Source of the DNA: Atractiella rhizophila
Taxonomy: Eukaryota
Reading direction: 5' to 3'
Assembly: GCA_021432655.1 (NCBI GenBank)
Contig: MU271299.1
Location: 3,545 to 67,544 of the forward strand
Length of the DNA stretch: 64,000 bases
Below, piece by piece: positions 12,643 through 25,948 of this stretch. Positions within the stretch are counted from its first letter, which is position 1. Every line of letters starts with the position of its first letter. The position numbers and the translations under genes were made by a program. The notes under the pieces were generated by a model that saw only the letters and a list, made by a program, of their open reading frames with translations, did no database searches and was not told the origin of the DNA.

Positions 12643-13182
12643 ATGCTCGCTCATCTTTGCATTTACGTGAAGGATTTGAAGGCCTCAGAGAAGTTCTACA
12701 CGGAGGCCCTGTCGCCGCTTGGCTATAAAGTGACGAATCGGTATGATGAACACAAAGTGATAGGATTAAGTTGCTTCTTTCTCTTCCACACTTTGAAAAG
12801 ACTTAGCAGAGACTCTAGCTGACTCGGAGCCTAACGCAAAGGCTGATTTTTGGATTGTTGAAGATGCTTCGAAAGTCTCAAGCGCTGCACACTTCGCGTT
12901 CGCCGCGAAAGACAGGAATCAAGTAGATACCTTTCATACCGCAGGTTTGAAGGCAGGCGGGGAATGCAACGGTTCGTTTGTCACCATTAGCGGTCAAAAA
13001 GGGACCATTAAAGACATTTGCACACAGGTAAACCAGGTCTCCGCGAAATGTACGGCCCTGGTTATTACGCAGCCTATGTTAAGGATCTCGACGGTAAGTT
13101 CCTCCTTGTCGATTCGCAAAATCCGTTGTTCAGAGAGGACGCAGGTCACAACGTTGAGTTGGTTTTCTATGAACAGAAATGA
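12643..13182 (+). CDS. Glyoxalase/bleomycin-resistance (VOC) family protein
   Basis: MLAHLCIYVKDLKASEKFY...HFAFAA...VDTFH..GLKAGG..NGKPGLR..Y...YYAAYVKDLDGHNVE across 4 exons. Confidence 0.88.
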
Positions 13183-13192
13183 AAGCTTGAAC

Positions 13193-13233
13193 CTGGCATG
13201 AGGTGGCATGAAGTGGCATGAAGTGGCATGAAG
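13193..13233. repeat. 10-bp tandem repeat (tggcatgaag) x4 in 3' UTR
   Basis: Directly visible in the sequence. Confidence 0.85.
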
Positions 13234-13698
13234 TAAACAAGCAATGAATGATCAATAGCCTCCTCCTCCGTGCAATGTATGACCCATAAATGCAGGAGTT
13301 TATTATCATATCGCGAAAATATAGGGAAACGATCTGGAGCTGACGAGGCGCTGAACATTTGCTCCCTAGCTTGACAGGGTCGCCGCACGCCAGTCGCCTT
13401 ACGGTATTGCCTTGTTACATTTCAATGTTCCATGCTCGCCAAAGTGAACGGAGAGGATATTCTTGCGTTGACAATCCAATTCGTTGTTGGCACCTGAACA
13501 TTTCATCTGACTCAAGTCTGTGAAATCCCTCCGGTTACAGATATGTTGCAGCTCTTTCGGGTCATATTCTCAGAGCTTACACTTACACCTTCTTTCACGA
13601 GAATCTTTCACAGCGACGATCTCTTACGTCCTCGAATCCATCGCTGCAGCTCTCAAGGCTGTATTACCACTGTCCTCTTCTTGGTAGATTACAGCGCG

Positions 13699-16397
13699 AT
13701 GTCAGCTATAACCCCCTCTCCGCCTTACTCTCCATCTCCCGAAGCGAAACGTTCCTCGCTCGAAGATACGAAAGATGTTCAAGATCTCAAGGACCGTCAC
13801 GACTTTGACGTAAAATCAGTCGACGGCCAAGATAGTAGAACTCATATCCGTCAGCTCTCTGCATGGGAAGCTCTCTGGACTAAACCCCCGAAGGCGATTC
13901 GGAATGACAGCCTGGTTTTTACGGAGGGTTGGAGGGAATTTTCCCGGTCTGTCAAGAGGTGGCTGAAGAGCATGTGTACACTGAGGTGGTTTGCGGTCAT
14001 GTTGGTACGTTCTCGCTTGGATCGGACTGGACCGAAATGAGGAGGCATGCACCGGATGGATACATTTGTTTGACTGATGCTTGAATGCTTGACGCGTTTT
14101 TCTCACTTTCAAGACCTGGATAAAGTTATGGAAGCTTCACCATTATAGTTCCCCATTTTTGGGATACTCGCTCGTAATTCTACTTAAAGATTATCACAGC
14201 CGATGTCATTTTTCAAGCTGCCTGTTCCTTGACTGAGTGCTCCTGTTTCAGGGTTGCGAGCAAGGAGATAGCATACCGTATCTCTCACCTTCTTGTTGCA
14301 ATGGTACAGTCTCTGCATCAATTAGCGGCATTATTCAGCCTCGCGCCAGATCAGCTCTGCTTCATCTGGCAGTTTTTTTACTGAATCTCTCTTTCGCTCC
14401 AGAGGTAAGGTGAAGAACCGTTCAACTGTCGGCATATCACTCTCAGCTTCTTGCGTGCTCTATGTCTGTAATAGGATGCTTTGTACTGCTGATTTCATCA
14501 GTTGCCTGACATTGCAGTGGATGAAGTCTTCATCGCTCTTTTCGGAACCGTTGTCGCATCACTTGTTGTGGGTCGGTTCTCCGCATAACAATCTTGTCTT
14601 CAACGGGAAGATATTTTTAGTGGTGTAGGACTCTTATTTCTGTCACTTGGTATCTATATCTACCCCTACACTACCTAGCCATGCTTTAGACAAGTTTTCG
14701 CTTCAGCTGAGATTCTTTATATCTTTTTCCTACTTCCAATGCAGCCCATTTTAAAGATTCCAGCAACTACAATGTTGACTACAATTTCGCCTATTTTCTC
14801 CACGTTTCGATTTATGCCGCTCCGCAAGAAGATAGCGATATGAACAGATCGATCGAAATGAAAGGATGCACAACTTCTTGTTTATTGGGTTTCGTTCGGG
14901 GCGCTAGATGTGTTGATCACAACGGTTCGGTTGTAAACAATATAAGTCAAACCAATATTTGTCCCAGATAGAAAACCGCCACTCCGCTCATGATTCCCTT
15001 TAATTAAACCTTTCCTCTTCACAGACTTAGCATCCTCAATCTCACCCCTTGTTTTATGCGCTAACAATGATTTGTTTTCCAGGCTGGACAATACCTCTCA
15101 CTCGCCATTGTCGCCACTAACGTCGAGGTTAGCTCGACTTCCGTCCCCCGTGCATCATTGACGCATGACGGATAGACTACCCAACTCGGTATCTGGGGAT
15201 GGGCTCTGCCAACTACGCAGACATTTTTCTTGTCAGCGAACCTTTTGATGCGAGTGCGCAGGCTAATCGAGAAACAGATATTGCCTGCTCAACGTGGTTT
15301 ATACCCCGACTACGATCTATAAATACGGCTGGAAGGGGTACTGGGAAATGCTGAAGAAGGATGGATGGAAATGTCGGGCCCCTTTTGCTATCCCGATCGT
15401 TCTTACATGAGTTGACAGACTTCATCCTCGCTGTCTTCGACGTGGAGGGCAACTACTCTGTCGTTAAAGCCTATCAATACACAGATCTTCTTTCCTGTGA
15501 ACTTCTCAATTTATTTGCCACCCCAGTGTGCATGGTCGTCACCTTCTTCCTTCTCAAAGCACGGTATGTGTTTTCGCTTCGACAAAACGCAGTTGTTGAT
15601 AGACTAGGTGCAAGATTCCACTGGACGCAGCTTCTTGGAGTACTCATCTGTATCGGTGGTTTGGGTATGCTCGTTGCGTCCGACTTTTTGTCACACAAGA
15701 ACTGGCAAGGTTTGTCATTTCTCCCTATTGATCACAAACCGACTCCGATAACGTTTCGCCGCAGCGACACAGAAGGTCAAGGGAGACTTGATTATGCTTG
15801 TTGGTGCTACTTGCTATGGGATCTCAAACGGACTCGAAGAGTTCCTTGTGAGGCAACGACCACTGTATGAAGTTGTCGGACAAGTAGGTTTTCTCTCATC
15901 AAACCTCTCTTAACTGAACTGATTGGGCAACAGCTTGGCTTCTACGGCACTATTATTTCTGGCATTCAAGCTGCCGGCCTGGAACACGATGGAATGAGGA
16001 ACGCTCCATGGGTGGGAAGGAACTTTGGCCTGCTAATTGCGTACACGCTCTCCATGTTCACTCTTTACACTATCGCCCCGATCCTGTTTAGGATGACTTC
16101 CTCCCCCTTCTACAACCTGTCTTTATTGACAAGCGCATTTTATGGATTACTTTTCGGGCTCTTCTTGTACCACTACAAGCCGTACGGGTACGTCTCTCCA
16201 AGTCTTTTGAGCTGGAACTGACTATGACGGGCAGGCTCTACTTCCCTGCATACGTCTGCGTGATCTCTGGACTGGTGATCTATTTCAGCGTCACGAAACC
16301 GGAGGCAAATGACGATCTCACGCGTGTTGAAGTCAGAGGGAAAGCAAAGCGTAAAGAAGAAGAGAGAGCTGCAGCCAACGCGAGCAATTCTGCCTGA
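13699..16397 (+). CDS. SLC35F/DUF914-family (EamA-like) membrane transporter
   Basis: AGQYLSLAI, DVEGNYSVVKAYQYT, YGISNGLEEF and YNLSLLTS motifs; multiple TM segments; first intron 14005-15082. Confidence 0.85.
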
Positions 16398-16555
16398 AAT
16401 TGCCCTGACGGGGAGTTATCTAGACTGTGTGTTTTCCAGTAGATGTTGGTGGAATTGTGAATACGAAACATCTGTTGTTTACGGTCGCTTTGTGTTGAAA
16501 TGAAAATCATGACGGGAACGGTAGATTTTCTCTATTCACTCACTTAATAGTCACG

Positions 16556-18867
16556 CTATAAGCTGTATTTGATGAAAAGCACCCATCCAACAATCACCGC
16601 ACTACTCAACCAGCACAGTCCAAAGATTGTGAACCATTTTTGCGGCCGTCTCCCAGCACAGTCTTCAATCCTGAGCTTGTGATCTGCTTCAGCCTTCAGA
16701 CGCTGCTTCTCGGACTTGCTCAAGATGCCACCATTAAACCTTCGATCGATGACACTATCCAGCAACTGTCAGTATTCAAGAGCTTATAGAGGAGCCAAAA
16801 GTGTACCCATAGGTAAGACCAAGGCAGAACTCCAGCCCTTTCATTGCAATGAAGAACGCAATGACCCGGTCGTAGCTTTGGCCTGGGGTGGTGTTTTGGA
16901 TTTGCCCTGCAGCTACGTCCACCACGACGCTATTTGCATTGTTGAATGCTTAGGCCGTACCATCAGTTACCGAATACAAAGGAGGAGGAAGATGCAAAAT
17001 ACCTTTCCATACTCCTAATGCTAAGCCCAGTTGCTTTTGGTCAGGGACCAACAATGGAATCTATCGACATTGTCAAGAGCAGCAACTTTGGATGTGAAAG
17101 AGCATACAGAACATGTAAAAGGCAAGGCATTCTGAAACGATTCTATTGAGTTTCATGACAAGTGGATGAAATTAAGGCTCTCACGAAAGCAAGAGCAAAC
17201 CCGGATATGATTACGGGAGCCAGTGCATTGACAGTGGTATATCCAATCAGCGCATAGACGATGATCCAAGTCGCAGAGACGAAAGACACGAAGAGCATCC
17301 TATTTTCACCCTTCAATACCTTGCTGGCTCAGAAAAAGTCGCGCACCTGTTTCCGAACTGATCAAAATAGGCTCCGAGAGCTGCAGACATGAAAATAGGG
17401 ATAACTGTCTCAATATCAGAATATAACTCTTCAAAGAATAAGATCCAAAACTTCACGAGATTGTAATGCGCTGGTATAACCCGCTAATTCTGGAGTAGCC
17501 CCTCGCGTTGTACGAATAATATCAGCATCCAGACTGTTGAACGCGCCGACCTGTCACCACTATCAGATTAATTCAACGTAGTACAAGTAATCAACAGACA
17601 ACCCCGTTTTGAAGGATTTGCGTGCAAGAAATGAACCAGAAGAACCTCGGGACTTTCAGTAGAGGTTTGAGGTTAGGGATCGCGCTATCCGTCTTCCCGA
17701 TTGGCATGCGAGTCCATGGAGGAAGGTAGTAGCGGGACCACCAAATATAGAAGAGTGTTTGGAGCCTGTCTTTCTTCATTACGGGGTAATGCATATGGGA
17801 GAACGACATACAAGTTAACGAAACACAATATTGCGGGAACTAGGCAAAGATAGTTAGGGCAAGGATATTGGGGGGATGGCGAGTGACGCACTCCAGAGAC
17901 CCCATCCCCAGTAGTCACCGAGATTCGACATTCTGTAACGTTGCGTTACGACTCACCAGAAGAAAATGGCGAACTGCATACGGGACAGCTGTTGCTTTCG
18001 CAATCAGTACGATCACTTTACCTGAACCGTCAAATACCACAATTTAGTTTACAATCACTGGCGAAGGATATGTAAACGAACCCACCCCAGGAAATGTCGA
18101 GGCCATAGACAAAAGCTAACCCTCTTCTCTGAAACCAATGAGCGAGGATTTTGCTTCCAGCAGATTCTACCACTTTCATAACCATAGTTGCCATCTTAAT
18201 ATTGAACTAATCATGAAGGAAAAGAGAGGCAAACATGTTGAGCCAAATCCCATAATGATTCTTCCTCCTAACACGCAACCGAAACTCCTTACACTCGGCA
18301 GTGTTCCAGCAGCGGACACTATCGACCCTAGAAAGATAGCAGAGGCGGAAAAGAAAAGAGTCCAGTCTACGCCATAATAGTCCATTGTGAAACCGCCGAA
18401 TATTGGGAGAATGGAGTTGATCAGGGAAGTTGCAGAGCTGAGGGCGCCGTATTTCGCATCTGATTCCAATCAGAACTGATATGTTGCTACGAAACGGGGA
18501 AGAGGGCGTACTGTCAATTGCCAACTCCTTTAAAAGCCTGCCATCATAATATAAACGATTAAGAACTTATTAACTCGATTTGGCGGAGGGAACATGCATA
18601 CGTCTTCTTCAATGGCCCGAGCGTGTTTTCAGAGAACGAAGAACCAGCTGTATGTCACGTTAGCTCGATACTCCACGGCAGTAATGGCTCACCAGATAGC
18701 AGTAATCCAAGCACAAGGGCGATAATCTTCCAACTCCAGGGAAAGTCTTTCTCTATCTCATGCGGGACTTCTTCCTTCGATTGCGCAGCCTCTATCTCAA
18801 CCTCAGGACGTTTTTCATCCATTGAAGAGTTCTTAGACTCCTCCAACTCAGAACCATGATGCTGCAT
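16556..18867 (-). CDS. Major facilitator superfamily transporter (MFSD1-like)
   Basis: ENTLGPLK, YGALSSATSLINSILPIFGG..MDYYG, GRIIMGFGS and LDRRFNGGIL-like motifs; many hydrophobic exons. Confidence 0.82.
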
Positions 18868-19547
18868 CGTTACTGGACTGGAAGCGGGCGACGTGAGGTA
18901 GCGAAAGGATTCGAGTCTTCGCTTTCTTTTTCGTAGCAAGGGTACCTTCTGCCTTCTGTCGCGTAGATTTGCCGTTCAAGCTTATCCCAACCTACTTGAA
19001 GTCAAGCTGCACTAACAAAGGAGGAAACAGCGAGCCGATGCCTTATCTGATTATTGACCTCATGTAGGCCATCAGATAACTCAACTTTTCCACCAATCAT
19101 GTTTGACTGGATCGGTAGAAATCGGTATGCGCATTGCTGAAATTTAAAATTTGATGAATTTTCTGTCACGCAAATTTTTGAGCGCATGCCACTTGGGCTT
19201 GGATCGGCCATTTCAAATTTTGAGGTCCTTTCAAATTTAATGTGATTGCTTTTATACTAAAACGACAGGTCACTGGACTGGAGGAGGAGGGTCATTAAAA
19301 TACATCTGGTGAGGCCTGGAGGGGATATGGTGTTCAAGTAAGATTAATCCTGTAACATAGATGCCCATCTGAGTTCCGAAGGTCTTTTCATTTGTGGTTC
19401 GTAAGTAGTTGTTCTTCCCTCACCAATTGTAACTTCGTGCTACGTTATCATGTCGCAACATCGAAGAGGAAGCGCAAAATGCTGTTGGAGAGCTTTGTTT
19501 CATTGCATTACACAGTGGTCACAACTCTTTTGAAGGCAAAATGCTCG

Positions 19548-20070
19548 TTACTCGTGAAGGACGACCTCGACATTGTGCCCTACCTTTTATTCAGCTTCCA
19601 TATGATATTGAGAAGCAGAAAGGCGGACCATCAAGGTCCCGAACAAACGCAGTGTAATAACCTGGACCGTATCCTTCACGCAGGCCAGGAGCTCCTACAT
19701 TGTGGCTACTTCAGACTTTCCTTGTCACACATGGAAGGGAAATGGACCATTATTTTCACCACCGGCATTGACAGCAGCAGCGTGGAAAGCATCAACCTCT
19801 TTTCTCTCTTTCGCTCTGAATCCGAAGTGAACAGCGCCAGAAACTTTGGAGGAGTCTTCAATGAGCCAGAAACTAGCTATTTCTCCAGGTATAGCTGTAA
19901 CATCCGGTCAATCCACTTTAAACATTCTCCTCTGACAGCATACCGAATCCGATCATTTTGTTTTCTCTGAAGCGACCGTATACTTTGTAACCGAGTGGAC
20001 CGAGGGCTCCGCTGTAGAATCTCTCTGAGGCGCTGGCATCCTTCACGTAGACTGCAACGTGATCAAGCAT
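19548..20070 (-). CDS. Second VOC/glyoxalase family protein, paralog of 12643-13182; absent from the ORF track
   Basis: Manual translation gives MLDHVAVYVKDASASERFYSGALGPLGY...FWLIEDSSKVSGAVHFGFRA...VDAFHAAAVNAGGENNGAPGLREGYGPGYYTAFVRDLDGHNVEVVLHE*, with introns at equivalent positions to the paralog. Confidence 0.88.
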
Positions 20071-20736
20071 TTTGTCGATTTTTCTGCAGAATAGATCTCT
20101 TCCTGAATGCAGCTTTGGTTGATACGACGATACGTGTGCACAGCGTTATATATCGCGGCAGGTTCGGGGTGTCTTTCCACCAACATTCAACGACGCTGTC
20201 TACCGGAAAAATCGGCGCATATCTTTGGTAGCGAGTCATCCAATGATGGAATGGAAGACGTCGTCGTCCATGGAATGCCAGTGCCTTGTGGACAGTGCGA
20301 TACCTTCGTTTACGAAGATCAGCACCACTTTCGATCAGCGGACATCGGCTTGATCATCTCGTCTTCGAGTGCCTTCTTCCATGTCATCCGAATTAGTAAG
20401 GGCGGTAAAATGTTCGGGTGGGACGTCCACTCCTCAGCTCTCAACACCAACTCGAAATGTTGACACTACAAGCCCCACCAATATGCCTTTTGGCTGAGTA
20501 TCTAAAAGACGTTCGAAATTGTATCAGCCCATTTGACTATTGAATTATACAAGGATATGAGGACAAATGGAGACATGGGAGCGGCGACGAACCCGTGCAC
20601 ATTGGATGAAGCACAAGGCCTGACAGAATACGAAGAAAATCACGGCCAACTTTGAGAATTGCACATGAACTGGTACCAAATCCGAAAAGGTCTCCGCGGC
20701 CTCATCCTTTCCGCCTGTTAGATCTCGCTTTTCACC

Positions 20737-22718
20737 TCACGCATAATCAAAGGGCTCACAATGTTGCGTAAGTTTCAGTACATAAACTCTGAGATGCTGC
20801 AAGCTCTCACACGCACCTTCGCCAGGACACTGATGATCGCTCTTCGAGTAAGCAAAGTCAATCAACCTGATTCTGCCATCCTCCCCCCTCATAACATTGG
20901 CGTCGGCAACATCCCAATGCTCGACTCCATGCTCGTGCAACTTGACAACAATATTGTATACCCGTTGGCTGGCATACAGTCAGCTTGGGGTGTGAGAAAG
21001 TGTAGCAGACACACTTAATTTCGCGATCCGAAAAGCCTATACCAAGATTCCGAAGGCTCTTGCCAACGTCCTGAAGCAGTAGGACCCCTCCGCCTTCTTC
21101 CCCCCCTTTGTAAGCTCCAAAAAGCATGGGGACGTCCACTCCTGCGAGGTCCTTTAGGCGTCTGTAAGCGTTGATCTCATTCTCGAGCTCGTATTGCACC
21201 TGGAGCTCCTTCGTAATGAACTTGTTGGAATCGTTTGCAAAGGCGGCCGTGAAGGTAAACGAGTGTCCGAGCTGTTCGTGTTGAAGGAGGAGGAAAGGTT
21301 CGAGTGGAGGAGACGGGGGCGGAGTGTGCAAACACGATCGTTTAAAGTAAAATCCAGGAGGATGGTGAGCCGTATCAAAGTTCACAAACTGGGAGTCAGG
21401 AATCTTGGGAAGCGAGAGTGTCAAGTCGCTCCTTCCTTCAGCTCGACAGGCGAACTCGAGGCTGTCCGCCTAGCCCTTCGTCAGAAAAAGAGGAGTTAGA
21501 AGGGATGTACTTTACCTGGCGCAATACAGAAGCAATCCCCGCCACGTCCAATGGCACCAGAGGATTTCGCCAAGTCGGAAAGTCATCCACAGTGTCGATT
21601 CTTTTGACTTCCATACTGTCGTACCATTTCGCGTGCCAATGAGCGGTCCCGAGCCAGTCCTGTTCATCCAGCATGCCATCCACGGCACCACCTTTTCCTC
21701 TCAACGTTCTGGAACGTTTGCGATGCAGTGTGGGTTTCTCGTCGGAAGCACCCTGGAGGTTCAAGCCGGCCACCCTGAACGCGAGTGTAGCCTCCACTAT
21801 GAGGTCGTCGAACGACTTTCCCTGAAATTCGTCAGGTATGTCGACGAGGAGAGAGGTAAGAGTCTCGATGATCGGATGTTGCTCAGAATGGTGAATATCA
21901 GACACGGCGAAGTAGGTGGTGTTGCCAAGCTTAATCTTCTTGAAGAAGACAAATTCCAAGCCAGAGTGGACAGTTGCGAGGTCCAACTTCAGCTCAGAAT
22001 TTGTGAGAGCTATCTATAAATCAGTTAAGCAAAGAACGCGTTGAAGGATCAGACTACGTACATTGCTAACAATCGAGGTTTCATCTAATGTCGGACGGTC
22101 GACCACAACCGGTTGCTGCGAACGAGCAGCTTGCACAATCCTCTCTAGGTAGTGTCGTCCCACGAGCCAAGCCTTCTCTTCAGCAGACATTCGAGGCTGT
22201 CCACCGACAACCAATTGAGAATCCGTGATGATACCCTTTGAGCGACCATCCTGTGGGTCCTTGAATACCGGCACACCAGACTCGTAGCTGAAGGCTGGAA
22301 GGTTCATAACACTGAAAATTTCTCCCAGGACCAAGCCATAAGCGTAGCCAAACAACAGTTTGACATCACTCTGAGTAGAAAGTTTCTGTGATTTGAGGCT
22401 CTTGTTGGTGAATCGAATGGCGTCATTGATACTTTCAACAGCATCCTCGTTGACAATCCAGGGGCAGGAGTCTGAGGTCAAAAAGTCGTGGAATCGCTGT
22501 CTCGCAATTTCCGTCAGTTGGTGACAATACATCAGCTTCTCCGGAATCCCTGGCGAGGGCAATGTCAACATGTTCGGCCTTTTGTACGGTGAGGTGTCCG
22601 GTTGCCAACCAGGCTGCTTCTGAGTTTCGGTGAACTGGTTGTTCAGCGCGCGTCTAGGTAGGGTTTTGATGTGTTCCGATAGAAGGAGACGGCGAAACCT
22701 CAGTGAAGTTGAAGACAT
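20737..22718 (-). CDS. REase-like (PD-(D/E)xK) + atypical kinase fusion, array copy 1 (apparently intact)
   Basis: ITDSQ...MSAEEK nuclease-like motif; kinase-like ENEINAYRRL, HWDVADANV and IRLIDFA; exons splice in frame. Confidence 0.72.
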
Positions 22719-24049
22719 TTTGTACTCGAATTATTTCCGTGAAGATTCATCGGGACCTGACCACAGTTTAGACTGCGACCATGAAAGAGTGTCAGGACTT
22801 GCTCAATGTGATCGCCGGACGGTCAGCGAAAAGGAGGTTCAATTAAAACACAACAATCCAAATCGCGGGAGCTCAAGAGCTGTGGAGAGCGGTATATATG
22901 CGGTGGTCATTCTTTGTCCCCAGTCCTCCTGTCAGACCACAGAGAAATAAAGGACAGTGGCTACGGCATGTTCTAAGCCAGAATACTGCACGAAGGGGTG
23001 GTCAAACGTAGTTGAAAAAGAGTACGCAAAACACTCTTGTCCTTCATCGACATGGAAAGAGGTGATTGACCTTAACAAACAATGAGGTTAATGACAGTAA
23101 CAAAGAATGAACGGCACTAGACGAGTTTTGCGCTCTAAAGAAGTGAGAGCAAGCTGGTTGTTGATGTTGATGACTTCTGTTCAACATGCGAGACACAGAT
23201 ATGGACTACTGATACTCACTTGATACTCGCCCATTAAATCATGACTCTCTCAGTAGAGCCACGGCCTTGACAGCCTGACAAGTTTGAGAACTGGGTCGAT
23301 AGCCGAGATGATTCTAAGATTAAAATGACGAGAATACCACCTCTCCCAAGGACGAAATGTGGTTCGGCTACGGCACATTCCGACCAGGAATCCGACCTTC
23401 CAACTTCAAGGTCACGCAGGGGAGGAGATTTTGCTCCTGCTTTAGACATTCTGCTTCTCCGGTACCGTTGAACGATCCTTGCACACAGGTTTATTATTAC
23501 TGCTGTTTCAAGTTATGATATCTTTCCATTAACATCCAACGACTCGATCTACCGGAAAGAAAGACGTATCTTTGTCAGTGAGACATCCGACGATGCAGTG
23601 GAGAACATTGCTGTATATGGGATGGCAATGCCCCATGGGCAATGATTTACCTTTGTTTACACCACTTTTAACCGGCGGACATCAGCCCAATCACATCTCC
23701 TTCAAGACCTTCTTCCATGCCATCCGACTAGTAGCGCCGCCAATGTTTAGCTTAGAAGTTCAATTCTCCAACTCGTCGCAATGTCAACTCAGAATATTGA
23801 GACTACGCGCATGTTTGAAGAAGATTTCTGTCCCTCCCTTTTCGATGCAAACAGCTTCGCCTTTGGAGGTAGCCAGATCCCAAAGAGGTATCTCTCCTTC
23901 ACAGAATGACAGCCTTGAGGTGAGTATGGATGAATATCCCTCGAATATCGAACAGACATGAAGCCCAAATGGCAGGAACGGCTACGAACGTCGACTGGAT
24001 GTTGGTGAGAGTACTACGACTGAGAGAACACCAAGAACATCATGGTCAA

Positions 24050-25948
24050 ATTTTTGAGTACACAAGGCAACCAATTACTGCGTAACCTGAAAACAGACAT
24101 CTCCCTCTGGTTAAAATGTGGAGGGAATTTAGCGTAGAGAAAGTTTTGGCACATAAACTCGGAGATGCTCCAGGCTCTCGCTCTCCAGGACACTGATGAT
24201 GACCCCATGAGTCCGCAAAACTAATTTAACTCTGCCAGCCGCTGCCATCGCGGCGTTTGCGTCAGAAAATCCCAATGCTTGACTGCATGCTCGTGGGCGA
24301 TATCGCATACCCTTTGGCTGGCATCCAGTCGGGTTAACGCTGTGGAGAAATGAAGCATACTTGATTTCCCGATTCGAAAAGCTGATACAACATTGTAAGG
24401 CTTGGACCGACATCTTGAGAGGCTTCCTGAGAGCGTCTGTGAGCTCGCACGGTGAGCTTTTTGGTGTTTGTATTGTTTGAGTCTTTTGGGAGGGGGTGAA
24501 CAAGTGGCCAAGTTATTAGCGTTGAAGGAGGAGAGGCTCGAGCGTCAAGGAAATGGTGTGTGTGTAGACGTGACCGTTGAAGGAAAATCCGTGATGGGGT
24601 CGGCTCTTTCGAAGTTGATGATATAGGAATCAGAACAGGAAGCGAGAAGGTCAAGTCGCTCCGCCGTTCCCACCCACAGACGAATTTTGACGCTGTCTGT
24701 CTAATCTTTTGTCAGAAAGAAAATGGAAAGAACATGCATTACCTAACATAACACGGAGACGATCCCTTCTAAGCCCAAAGTCATCAGAGGAGTATGTCAA
24801 ATCGGAAAGACGTCCGTCGTCTCAAATGACAGCTGTGTACCATTTAGCCTGCCAATGAGCCCAAGGCAATCCAGCAAGATATTGCCAACAGCACCACTCT
24901 TCCTCCCACTATTTTGTTTTTTTCCTCTCGATGCTCCAGACCTTTTAGGACACACAGCAACTTTCTTGTCGGAAGAACCTGCTTGGAGCTTCAGGGTTGT
25001 CAGGTCGAAGCGAGTATGGATTCCACGATGAGGTCGTCGAACGACTTTCCTCCGAAGTCGTCCGGAATATTGACGAGGAACGAGATAAGAGTTTCAAAGA
25101 TTGGATCTCGTTCAGAATGGTGAACGTCAGACACAGCGAAGTAAGTGGTATTGCCCTGTGTAATCTTCTTTAAGAAGATGAATTGCAAGGTGGAGTGAAC
25201 AATTGCCCGGTCCAGACCTAGCTCAGAATTGGTAAGAGCTACCTTTAAATCAGTTAAGTGAAGAACCCAATCGAATTATCAGACAACCTACTTTACTGAC
25301 AATGGAAGTCTCATCTTTTGTTTGACGGTCCACCACTACTGGTTGCTGAGAGCGAGCAGCCTCCACGATCCGCTCTAGATAGTGTTGAGCCACGAGCCAA
25401 GCCAACTCTTCAGCCGACATTCGAGAAGTTCCACCAACAGTGAATTGACATTTGGCGATGAGACCGTTGGTACGGCCATCTTGCGCTTTGAACACTGGGA
25501 CACTGGACTTGTAGAGGAACGTAGGAAGACCCATAACCCGGAATAGGAGCCCCAAGACGAAGCCATAAGCAAAGTTGAAGACTGGTCGAACATCAGTTTC
25601 TGCACATAGTTCCTGCGTTTGCACGTGGTGCTCGGAAAGTAAAAGTGCGTCGTCGATTGTCCTGATGGCGTTAGAATCAATAATCCAAGGGCACGAGTAC
25701 GAAGTCAAATAGTCGTGGAATCGTTTTCTTGCAATTTCCGTCAGTTGGGGACAATACATGAGTTTTTCTGGAAGTCCTGGTCGGGCTAACGTCAACACGG
25801 TCGGCTTCTTGTAGGGCGAAGTGTAAGGTTGCCAACCAGCCAGCTTCTGAGTGTCGGTGAGTTTGTAGCTCAGTCGGCGTCTGGGTAGAGTTTTGATGCG
25901 TTCCGAAAGAGAAAGACGAAGATGGAGTTGTGCTGATGATGAAGACAT
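24050..25948 (-). pseudogene. Array copy 2: open N-terminal REase-like half, disrupted kinase half
   Basis: Clear homology to copy 1; stop at 25000-25002; downstream kinase remnants (VKHWDF, EHLRVY) lie in shifted frames. Confidence 0.75.

Noticed and set aside
14005..15082. TPP riboswitch in the transporter intron
   Set aside because: A gctgaga occurs (~14706) but the downstream conserved TPP aptamer elements were not found.
19392..19970. 192-aa plus-strand ORF
   Set aside because: Antisense shadow of the spliced minus-strand VOC gene.
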